From: Iphione sp. A-MEVVRFRX5
Lineage: Eukaryota
Reading direction: 5' to 3'
Assembly: GCA_976226885.1 (NCBI GenBank)
Contig: OZ320313.1
Coordinates: 64,914,001-64,978,000 of the forward strand
DNA length: 64,000 nt
In this document: positions 1 through 12,026 of the stretch, one piece after another
Position numbering within the stretch: position 1 is the stretch's first letter
Layout: every line of letters starts with the position of its first letter
Notes under the pieces: generated by a model
Databases searched by the model: none
The model's input: only the letters and a program-made list of their open reading frames with translations
Told to the model about the DNA's origin: nothing
Program-made: the position numbers and the translations under genes

Positions 1-2057
1 AACGAAGCTTTTTTGCAATCAGACAATCAGTTCATATTCCCCATGCCATGTGGTCCGTGTTTTATTTAAATTCTAACAGTTTTTCAGACGCCACCTTTCT
101 TGTTACCAATGCTGTTCGCCTTTTGGTTGATGGTATAAAACTTATTATTCACACTGCTGTTGGCATATTTTATCCATTCTTCCATTTTCTCACCAATCCT
201 CTTGTCGTACTTGATATTCTACTTCTATTTCTTGATAGGACTACTGTTCTCGTGTTGTGTTTTGTTAACGTACATTGTATGTTACTTCAGACGTCACTGC
301 ACGCACATTGACATTTTAACCGGCTCACCTGGGCCTTTTCCATATATGCCTTTCCCCTCGTCTAGAATTTGGATGGAAATAGCACCCATCATTGTTTCTT
401 GTGTAAAACCCATGATTGGTTCATTGGCACTGCTGGAAATGGCTGGTCTGAAACAATGGATGGTGTCGTTACGAGGTTAATGCTTAATATCAGACCACTT
501 GTCTCTGACGGACTGGGCTGGTCGGCTGCAGCTGCAGACCTGTCAATACACGTGTCAGGGTCGGAGACTGACGTGAACTCCCCCGCCCCTCGACCCCCGC
601 CCAGCTCAGTCCCCGCCTGCCATCATTCTACAAGCAGCCTCCCTTCCCCCTGCTACTACTACTACCACCACCACCGACCTCACTCCCGTCCATGCTGCAC
701 CCCTTCACCAATGCGTCTTTCTCCTACCACTGAGGCATTCGGCCGCCTGTACCCCGAGCCACCAGCACTCGCCTCCTGCTACCTTCCTCCCCGCTTGCTC
801 CTGGTCTTGTGTCCCTGGCTCACAGAGACCTACACAGAACAATCAGACACATACGCACACACATACACACACACGCTGATTGACTGAGGCAGGCACGCCT
901 CCCCCCGCTACCACCAGTGAAGTCGGCTCCTCTGCCACCACCGTCACTACAGGCACCGACAGCTCGGAGCTTTGGTCGACTGCTCCCAGCCCTAGGCCTC
1001 CTGGAGGCAGCCTTTACGGCTCCACGTACTGGAGGAGCAGACGCTGGAAGAGTGGGAGGAGCCGCGTGTTCTCCTGGATGAGTCGCCAGCCAGGCCCGGA
1101 TTGCCCGGCACATAGGAGCTCGGCCAGGATCGTAGTCATTGCCGGAGCTGTGTCGCGGTGGTAGTCGTTGGAGTAGTATATAGAGATAGGTTACTGTCGC
1201 AGGCACCTGTTGAAGTGGCGCGCCGGCCCATCAGGCCAAACACCGGTGTCTGTGTGTATATATATACTCACATATTTCAAGTAGGATGTGGTGAATATGG
1301 CAGGAGTGCTAAGTCGAGGAAACCTTGGTGCAGGAGTATCGGAAGCAGTACATTTGGTCTCGGGGGAATGTTTGCCAAGATAACAAAGGCATGTAAGAAG
1401 ATTCGCTCATGAGAAGGATGCCACTCAGGGACCAGTCCGACACCAAGAAAAGGATTTTGTTAAATATTTTCGGAAATTTCCGCCGGTTTTGCCTGTGATA
1501 GACTCTTAGAAAGCGAAGATATCTTTGATCTTATATCGTGGTTCATATATAAGCATTAATAGAAGGGTTGTAATTACAAAAAAAATGCCATTTGTAAGAA
1601 AACGTTAAAAATCCATCTTATCAGATCTACAGAAGCCTAGCCGGGTCCTAACCGTCACCTGTTGTTTTACTTAAGTGTGTCAGATAGGATACAAACCCAA
1701 AGATACAGGTGAGTCAGACGCGAGCATACTACATGTACATGTATTGCGTGCTTGCGTGTCAGTAGAGCGGTTTCTGGTGGCGGCCATGGCATGGGTGAAT
1801 ATAGCTTGTTACACTACCAGAATAAAGCAAGTGCGAGTGGGGAGGGGTCGCCGTGACTGGGTGAGCCATGCACCCTTCGCACTATAGCTGAATCAGTCTG
1901 GCTTTGTTTATCCCCGCAACCGGTATACCTGGTCCTTGACACTGACCTTGGATGCGTTGGATGTGACTATGTGAACCAGAGCACGAGCTATCAGGAACTT
2001 CCGTTGCCTTTCTGTGTGTCCTCTCAGTGGGCAAAGTGTCGGTCGTGGCCCATCTTA

Positions 2058-2118
2058 ACAGCCCCCCTCCCCCCCCCACACACACACACAGCCCCCCCCC
2101 CCCCACACACACACACAG
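2058..2118. repeat. Duplicated poly-C/(CA)n unit
   Basis: ACAGCCCC...CACACACAC occurs twice in tandem. Confidence 0.85.
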
Positions 2119-5100
2119 ATAGCAAGGGCCTGACATCAGGCCTTCCGGTAGCCATGCTTTTCTGACAGGCTCTCCGCTCGCAAAGAGCGTGACCGGCCTT
2201 TGCGTTAATTGACATTCATAAATCGCCCTCTGCTACAGCGGCCGATACAGCGGAGAGGGAGGTAAGCAGTTGGGGGTCGGTATTTTTCTTTGGTATCAAA
2301 ACCGTCAGCGGGTGTAGCTCCAGAAGGGTGAATAGATCTAATCATAGCTAACCTACATGGTGGATGAATCTTACACAAGCGACCGGTAAGGATGTATATG
2401 GGGCTGAGGCATTCGTCGCTCGTGCCCGTTAAGTTAATCGCGCGACGAGGCGATAATACCCATATAGACGGCAGTGCGTCAATTAGCCACTTGAATCCCA
2501 GCCTGAGCTGCTGTCAGACGCTCGCCGACGCCATGTCGTTAGATGGCGCGACAGGCAAAGCCCGTGATGTGTAACGGTGGCCACACAACAGGCGACAAAG
2601 GGGCTCTTATCCGAACTGGTATTTTATCAGCCTGTCTACTGGATATCACAAATGAATCTCCGGTCTAGTATGAGGTAAAGCCGTGCATGCCCGGCCTATC
2701 AGCTGCCTACTGAACGGAAACTGTATTTGGTGAACTGTATGAAGTAACAGTGCCGTTTGAGGACACGTCTTGCTGGAATGTCAGTCAGGTCGTAAGTATG
2801 ATGGGTGAAGTTCATGCAGTTAAAAACTAGGCAGTAATGCGACCTTTCACATATATTCAAGACTCGGAGATGAAAAGCAACGCTGCCAGTAGTATGGGCA
2901 CTGTGTGAGTTGTAATTTAGAGTAGGAGGGATATGAAATAATATTTTCAGAAAGGTTGCATTGGTGAGCAAAGTTAACAAGTGTGCGCCGGGCAGAGAGG
3001 TCTGTCCGACTGGCTCCATGACCCGCTCGGAATAGCTCGCGGCCGTTCGGCTGGCTCCGTGACGGGTAACGATCGATATGTTGTGACGGGCTGGCGGGGG
3101 GCTCATGAGTCAGGGCCCGCGTGGGCTGCAGCATGTCAGAGTCGGACTGTATCACGGCAGCCTGACTGGTCCCCCTCCACCCCAGACGGTGACTTGCCCT
3201 GACAGGTCTACCATTCCCATACTGGAAGAGGCTGTGGCGGCGGCGGCGGCGGCGAGCAAAGGACTGATTACAGGCTCGCCCCACCGGTATTTTGCGATGG
3301 TTTCGGACCTTGTTACTGCTACCAATTGCTAGTTCTACAAGTGGATACTTTACCTGTGTCAGCTCTTCTTTTCTCGCAACTATTGTGTCTCATTAGCCTC
3401 ATCAATTCATTAGCATATATAACGACTTTCGATAAACGTTATCTGTAAATGTGAGTAGAAAATTGAAATATTTGTTTAAATACACATGTAAAACTGTTCG
3501 GTTCCTGTCATGTCATTCCCAGGGGCTCCTTGTAAGTACGTGGATATGTTCCAAGGCGTTCTTCAGAGAACATTAATTTTCTATACATATATATGTACAT
3601 GTTTGCCCTAGAGCCTGGTGAAGCACAGGACTACATACAAAGGTCTAAGCACGAACGTTTATGACAAATTGCTCTTGCCGTTCTGTTCATCACACCACCT
3701 GACTGTAGTTTGTGTGCATAATTTGGCCGATGGACGTACAGGTGGTCTCTGGCAGCTCAGACAGTACATTATTATCTATGAGAAAGTACGTTTAGCGGCC
3801 AGCCGTTACAGTCGGCTGACCACATACATGACTCGCCTCGTTTGAGTCATGTCCTGAAAGGCCTGTTGCCAGCCACATATACGTCTCACATGGAAAGGCA
3901 TTCAACCAGAGGGTGGTAGGCTACCACGCTAGTATGTCTCCTCTGCGAAAGGGAGCACAAATGTAAGGGAGGTGCGCGCTTGTTGAATGTAGCCAGCTGG
4001 CTATTCGTCTGCTGCACCACTAGTACCACTAGTACATATATGGTATAAGTAAGAGTGGCAGTGCTCTAACTCGGTCCGGTTTTGTACTGGTCCATCGCTT
4101 AGTATCACAGACTTTACAAGATATATATCTCATTCATAAGATAGAGCATAAATCTACCCACAAAACATAAAAAGCAGTTGTGGGACAGTTTCAATCGGGA
4201 ACAGCCCACACCAAGGAATATCGATAAAAACGCCATCGTGATTTTCTTGATCTTGTCGTACAGGATTTCCTCATGGAGCTATGTATCATACACAAGGACA
4301 AACCTCGCCATAAACCTTGTGCTGGATTGGCTGTATGCCTGGGAAATTAGGAGCTCTCCCATCTATAAGACATGGAGTACGAACAGGCACAACTGTTATT
4401 GTCATCACGGTTAGTGAGAACATGTGGCAAAGGACGAATATTCGTTTGATATCAGCCGACATTTCTTCGTATCACGTCGGTGCGCCAAATGAAACGACTC
4501 GCCTTTGAATACTTCTTTTAGTAACAGGACAATAATCCAGCGATATATTGCTCCTTTTCCTAGAATATTAATAATCTGTGCCTCATAGTCTCACTCTATC
4601 TGCAAACTCACAACCACGAAGGCACTAACGTGTCAGTTCATTTGGACTGAGCACAGACCCTTTCCCGCGTTCGTAACATTGGACGTCAACGACGAAGGAT
4701 ATTTGCCTGTATTGGTCCTTCGCCAAAATGTGTATAGCGAAGAGTCTTCACTCGTGGGATTGATCGGTGTTGCTACCGATGTCTTCGGAGATTCGACCAC
4801 TAAACGCCTGCAGTGGAAGTCACGACTCATTTCAGGAGCTTTGGAGTAAGCTCAGGCCTCATCCTGTATGAACTCTAGAAAGGCCTTTTGCTGACACTGA
4901 GCCTCACTTGTGGTGACAAAAACTTGAGGCTTTGTTATCGTCGACCCGCTTCGGGGTCTGACTGGACGCCCACTCTTTTTCGAGTTTCATTTATTCTTCG
5001 GACCAAAGAAAGCTTTTATGGGGAACGTTTTAAAGGATTAAGGGCTACTTGGAGCATGCCTGGCTGGTGTTAGCAAGTCCCCCCTCCGCCGGAAGCTTGA

Positions 5101-8100
5101 ACTATTCTCAGCAGGTTTGTAACCATTATTTTAAGATGCTCGAAAAATGTATTTATCGTTAAGCTTTGTCTTGAGCTTTGACAAGAAGTTCCGGAAGAAC
5201 ACAAATGGTTAACTTGACAGTAGTTTGAATAACCCGCTGAAGAAGATGAAAAGATACATCTGTGTGTGTCCTTTTGTACCTTTGCGCCTGTCTGTTCAAC
5301 TATCTGTACGCCACGGAGGCCAAACAAGTGCTTTCACTGGTGATCCGGGTAGGTCTGTTTCATTCTAGAGAATGCAGTTTGACGAAAAAAACTGTATCCT
5401 AATACACTAGACCAGCGCCATCCCATCCACCCACTGCACCCCGCGCAATCCTGTTTGTGCGCTCTGCCCCCCTCCCACTCAGCACTCCCTCACGTTCTGG
5501 CCACCAGCCCAGCCCACACCCCTCTACTACACCATGGGCCCACTCCTCCTGGCCGTGAAGGTGTCCAGGCGGCCACATCTAGTCGATCACGATAGGAGGA
5601 AAAAACGTCTTCCAGGCTGTTCAGCTACATCTCCCTACTACCCACCCTAGATGAGGCGTTTTATCTAGATAGGAAGGAGTCTGCAGCATGAAAGATGTTC
5701 TACACGCCTCTCCTATGCATACAGACCGGCAGGGCGGCCTACCAGGCAATAGATTTCCCACACCACCCAGTTAATGTTTCGTGATAATTTTATTGAACAT
5801 TGTCGGCCTCTCATGTCTGCCTAAGGTAACTGGTGTAGCTCATTCTTCTCGTCATACTTGCCCATTTTTGGTAGGTTGGCTGTTAGATAGGGTCTTTATA
5901 TGTGTGATAGGAGGTAAGCCTTCATGTCGGAGGGGTCACTGTATAATGCAGTTGGTGATAGGGCTAGGGTAAGCTATGCCTAGGGAGTATAACCTTGTGC
6001 TTGTCAGTTGAGAAGCAGTCTTGTTTTATAGGATGTAGGCTGTGGTGGATGTAGGAACGTAAACGCAGATCTTCGTGGGGCTAGAATTGAATGCTGTACA
6101 AACCAGTGTGTTTTGGGCGGACCGGGACCCATGTCAGAATCCATTTAAGCTCAGATTTTTTTTAGTCTAAGGAGGACCATATACATAAAGGCCCTGAGGG
6201 AATCTTTGGAGGGTCATTATCATCTTTAAGAATCTCCAATTAAGATTTGATGTGGATGTCAGCTCTTGTTGGCTTGTGCAATGTGACAGGAGAACAGGCC
6301 ACAACTCTCTGCATGCCCTATAATAGATGCGTCTTCCAAGGCGGCGCAGTAGGTCTCAAGCCTGCTTGGAGTTTACATTTTCAATTGCACCCTATTATTC
6401 AGAGTGAACACATAATTTTGTTTAGGGGTACATAGAGGTTGTGGGTTCCTCATAGTCAAGTTCAGATGGTTGGCTGGATATTTGGCCTGGTTTTGTTCAG
6501 AGGTCAAGGGCGTGCAAAACTGTAACAGACAGTGACGATTAGGACATGTGGACGAGTTCATATAATTGAGAATATGATATGTGTAAATGGTCCACTTATG
6601 AGGTTAGGTTCGATATTGAAGCCGTCCGTTACGATGCGTGTGGACGTAGACCTGTGTGCTCGAGATGGGCGGGATGTGACGGTGCAGAGGCGGGTCGGTG
6701 TGTATGTATACGTGACTACGGTAGGCAGTGATCCTTTCTCCGTTAATACTTTCAGACAGTCCCCCGATGAGTCCTGACCAATCGCCGCCCACCGAGGGAC
6801 CTCGTTGGCTAGATTTATCGCAGCGCCCCCTCGCGGGCCGTGATCGGTCTTTGGATCGCCTCCCTCAGTCACCTTCCTCACTCCATGCCCTACAGGGCAC
6901 TTACACAAACCCTGCAAGCTTTGCCTCGACTGTTGGTCCCTCCTCTCCCCACCCTTCCATGCCTATTACAACCCACTCAGCACCATCCCACCATTCATAA
7001 ACATGACTTCAGCCTCTCTGCTGCCCATCTTACTGACTGTACACCCAGTGTACCTGCCCGGTCCATAGCCTGCCCACCATGCCTAGTCTCTTCTCTTCAG
7101 GGCTGCTTCCCTTGCTGTCCATCCTACCGATCAGTCAAACCAATCACTGTTCTAACTTTACATCCGTGCAGCTGCCTGCCCACCTGCCTACCCATTTGAA
7201 TCCACTCCCTGTATGCTTAATCACCAGAACACAGACAGTCTTCTATTTTTACCAAGCACACCCGCGTCCTTCCGTTCTCCTTCATTGGATTATCTTCGAG
7301 CAAGGTCCGACCAGAGGTCACACGGTAAACTGCAGATTATAACATTTGTTGGGATCAATGGCCCAAATATCGCCCTGGAGGGGATGGGGTGCCAGTTGGG
7401 GATTGGAAGGAGCTTTCCTATGGCATCTGTTATCGACTAAATCATGTTACGCGACATATTTTCGTGTTATGCTTTGATACCAGTGTTATATCGATGTACA
7501 AGCACTGCACTCTTCTCGATTCTCTTATCGAGTTACTGTGTTACTTTGGCACCATCTTTGTATACCAAATGTAGTGAAAGCATTCATTGAGATGTAACAA
7601 AAGCCTTGGGTAATTTTTCGTTTCTGTAGATAAAAGCAGCATTCCTAATGAATGTATACACAAAGGGGTGCTCAACACCTAAATCTAATGATTTATGTCA
7701 AGTGTTAAATATATACATGGGAGTACTATTCCCTGCATTTTATACAAAGTGATCTTCATGAGGGGATTTTAAAGGTTATGGCTAGAAAAGAATTGATCCT
7801 TCTCACATTCTGTTTTAGCTCTTCTAAACAGGTTTACTAAAAACTGAATTCAAAGACAGTTTTAATAGATGTGCTTTGAGTATTATAAAGAAAAAGAAAG
7901 CAGTATTTCCAAAAGAAAACCTTTTTCATAGCCAGTCTCGATCTAGTTCGGTTTTCACTGTGTCCTCTCCGCTGCTACCTGGTGACCAATGTTCCTCACG
8001 TAGAGGAACGCTTTGATGTCACCGCTGACCTCATGGGAATTAGTCGCCATAGTAACAGGTCCCCGATGTCTTTCACCTTCGTTATTGTGAGTGATAGGAA

Positions 8101-10209
8101 CGAATATTTGTTGATCCCCGCCTTTACCCCAGACTTGAGGAAACTAATTTCTTTCCCTCTGATATCAGCACTCAAAATAGAATGCATCCAAGTACTGGCG
8201 TCAGTAACTTTGACACTATCAAAAAAGCCTCTTTATGCAAATACAGTAAAAATATCTGTGCAATTGCAATTATTAAAAAAAACAGAGTTCCATCTGTTCT
8301 TTCTACGGTATATTCCATAGAGGTTAATGTATAATACTGGAGAGTACTATGCTTTACATTAGTCGCTAATTTCTCAAGTGCAAAGGCGGCCTGTCGCTTA
8401 TTTGATATTTGTATTCGTGTAACATCTCTCTGGTGTACTTCTTTTAAGTAATTCTGCGTAGGCCCGAACCGAAACAATAGCATGACCAACCATCCATGCA
8501 CAAAAACCCATCCAAGTCCCCATCCAGCTACCGACTCATGCTGCCATCCTCTCGGTAGTACTTGCCCAGCCGCCACTCCTTGATATCCACTGAACTCCCC
8601 CAACTACCACTGGCACCCCTATCACCACTGTTGGTACCACCTGCACCCCCAGAAACATCTCGCCGGGCAAGCCGAGAGAATGCGTTTGCACGGTCTCAGG
8701 TGGTGTTTGGCTCATGCTCACGACGTTTAGTGACATTGACAGTAGGCCACAAGGGTCCTACCCGCGGACGGGCGCAACCCAACCCCCTCCAATGCTTATC
8801 TCATTGCAAAGAATACGGCGATTCACAAAGATAGCCCTTCTGTTGTCATGGGACGCCACTTGCTTCGATGCAATCGCGACCTTCACCAAAGCTCCTTTGG
8901 TATTCATAACTGTTCGGTGCAGCGTTGTATGGATAACTAGAGATGTCTAATTCTTCATCATACACATGTACACGTACGTCTATGTAGAACTCATCCTACA
9001 TATGCAGTTTTCATCTTTATCAGCTGTTATTATCAACTGTGAGTATGCATTACTGTTACAGCTGTATCATGAATGTAAAGATATGCTAGGTGTTCATTTG
9101 ACAGTCTTTCATAACTTGTAGTGTTACATTTATATACGCCGAGTAGGGAAGAAGAACAGATTTGGAGACAAAGGAGAGCTTTATATTGAGAGAAAGGGGA
9201 GAGAGAAGAAAGTGGAGACAGAGAGACTGATAGAGAGAACAAGATCAGAGAGAAACAGTGACAAATAGATAAGGACAGAGATGACCACAAGTTTCCTTGC
9301 TCTAAAGACTCTAAAACAGCAGCTTTTGTTGCATACATATAGACAAGTTCGACGTCACTTAACACAACTAACGTAAGTTCAGTTTGAAGTAATACGTCTC
9401 TTAGTGCTGGACTTAAGGTATATTTCTAGACTTCATAAATTGTTCATAGGTTTGCATCGTGATTTTCTTTTCCCGTCTTGCTTAACGTGCAGCAGACTCA
9501 TCAGCATGATTTATTAGAAAGAAGACGGCCTTAGCAGCCTTTACCCTCACACTCAGGTACGACTGAGTAAAGTTAATGACAGTAATTACGTGCTTAAAGA
9601 CCACTGCCTGATGGAGGTTTATCCCCAAATCTCACGTTGCTTTTTGTCAGCTCCCGCTTTGGTTGTCGCAGAGAATATATCTCGCACATACAGTATATGC
9701 ATAATTTCACACCTATATTTAGTTTGAAAAACAAATGTGAACCAGGTCTTGAGTTTTCTGTTAGTAAGGTCCAGCGTTGGATTATGCCTACCCCGTACTT
9801 TTTTCCCTGCTCTCCCTCTGCCTAAGCATCTTGCATGTCTACAGCTAGGCGTGAAGTAGGGTAGATTTTAGTTTCCCAAGACCTTTAGTTGGCTGTAGAG
9901 TCAGCTAGAGAGACAGTCATTATCTTATCTCTTGGTCAATCGAAACACAATCATTAGCATGGCGGACTGTCGGGGTAACCTTGCAGACTGAGTAAACACC
10001 TAATTCCTTTGTTAAACATAAAGACACAGAAAGAGATTAGTACTTAGTATTATACAAAATCACACCAGTAAGGCCTTCAGATTAGTAGTAGTTTTCCACA
10101 TTGTTGACAACAGTTTACTTTTCACATATTCTAATATGCTATGTGATAATTTACTAGTTAAACAAGTTCATGATGTTTTACTCTAATTAATCTAGTGATA
10201 TAAGTGATG

Positions 10210-12026
10210 CCATATCAAGGGATGAGCTGTGCGCAATCTAGCCATTATTTGTGTAACATGGTGCTGGGATACAGGACCTTCAGGGTGAAAAACGAAAACT
10301 CAGACCTATGCTAATGTGGCATCTGATTTTCCAGGGCAGGCCCTTGACTGACGGACGCCAGTCTGTTAGACAGATGTGAATCATTCCCGCTGCTCCCCCA
10401 GTATAAACTGGAGGAAGTCCGTATCTCTGTCCTGAGCCATGATAGAGAAGAAGGTGTGAACATTGTCTACTGATGTGAAGTAGAAGTGCCTTCCTATGAG
10501 GGGGAGGAAGGACTCGAGGTTGTCCATCTTAAAATGTTTGTGTGGGACCTACTGGTTGAACTTCTTGAGGTTCAGGATCACCCCATGGGAGCCATCCTTC
10601 TTTGGTCTCAGGAAGATGGTGGACATAACCAAGCTGTCTGATGGGGCTGCTTTCTCCTTGACCCCCTCCTCCAAAGGCCTGACACTAGCGTGTGAAAAGT
10701 GCTGTAGTCCTTGTGCGACTCTGGGATGGAGGGGCTGTTCTTGCTGCTGTTGCTGCCTCTGCTGTACTGGCTGTTGGTCTGTGGCCTTGCAGACTGCTGC
10801 CTCTGATGGCTGGGTGCTGGCTTTGGTGCCTGTTGTCTGGCGATCAGAGCCTGTTCCAACTTACATGCCTCGGAGCATACCTTCACATAGTCAGGGATGT
10901 TCTCCCTGAGGAGAAGCTCTGAATTGTCATGAGGGCCTGTCTGACACAGTTGGTGGAATATGGGCAGGAAGTGCAACTGGATGATGTCCTGCCTCTGCTG
11001 GTTAGAGAGGAATGCTACCCTCCCCATGAGTTAAATTGAGGTCGCCGTCTTAGATGCGACTGTCTTTGGATCCAAGGGGCAGGCATTGTTATATTCACTA
11101 TGTTGAGCAGGTGGAGAGCCACAAACTGGATCGAGTGGAGGATCTCTGCCACTTGTCAGTCCCAGTTGATGTCACCCTCCTTGAGGCCAAGCCCGGGGTT
11201 CAGGGAGGGGGGGTCAGCGGTGGAGGCAGCCTCCTTGGTCTGGTTGTCTTGTGCTGGCCTGTCTGCCTGGAACTTGTCCAGTCATCTGCTCATTGCCATG
11301 GCACTGTTTGGTCCACTAATGGCTGAGCAGGGGCTAGCCGGCCAGGTTGGCTGGGCCAGGGCTGGAGGGTCCATGGACTGGTCCCTGATGTTGTTCTGTC
11401 TGTGGCAGAGCAGTGTCTCCCACCTCCCTCCCCGGAGGAGGCCCATCTGGTCAGCAAAGGCCTCGGCCGTAGACTGCATGGCTATCATCATGGTGTGGTC
11501 CCTGCCCCCAAACATGTGTCCCTACATGTCCGAGGACCTTGAACAGCCCAGGGATCGGGATCTTGATCTACACCCCAACCTTGAAAGAAAGCCTGAACTG
11601 GACCTCAAACAAGTTCTGATCTGCTTCTTCTGCTTCTTTTTTCCTTTGTCCAGGATGGCCTTGGTGGCCTGGATCCACAGAGGAAGAGGAGATCTGTTGG
11701 CCCAAGCCCACTGCCGAGTCTGGCTGTATGTCAGGTTCCCTAGGTGAAACTTGGCCACACTGGAGGGTAGTATTGAAGGTGATTTTTGACTCAGAGTCAC
11801 CCCTGAGCTAAATCCCCCCACTACCTCCACATCAGAGTGGGCTGATTTGGCCATGTTGTTGTCCTTCTGGGTTGTCTTGGAGAGAAGTCTGGATGACTTG
11901 TGCACTGATCAGCAGGTGATCAGCAGATACCAGAACCCTGTCCAGTGGGCTCCTTATGAATACCTCCAGGGTGCTAACACCCAGGTCTGGACTTGACACA
12001 ACAACTGATAAGGGGGCTCTGGCCAT
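10210..12026 (-). mobile_element. Decayed DIRS-type (tyrosine-recombinase) retrotransposon fragment: gag-like region plus N-terminal RT
   Basis: Manual minus-strand translation from about 10680 gives STIFLRPKKDGSHGVILNLKKFNQ*VPHKHFKMDNL...FTSVD...FLQFILGEQRE*FTSV, matching the DIRS RT pattern KKDGxxRxILNLKxLN..HFKME. The upstream ORF 10608-11027 (LSNQQRQDIIQ...QLC...LLLRENIPDYVK) resembles the DIRS gag C-terminus. In-frame stops (e.g. 10549-10551) and frameshifts are present; no RNase H or recombinase was seen downstream. Confidence 0.7.

Noticed and set aside
11100-11747. 215-aa + strand ORF
   Set aside because: Antisense to the DIRS gag-like region; no recognisable protein.
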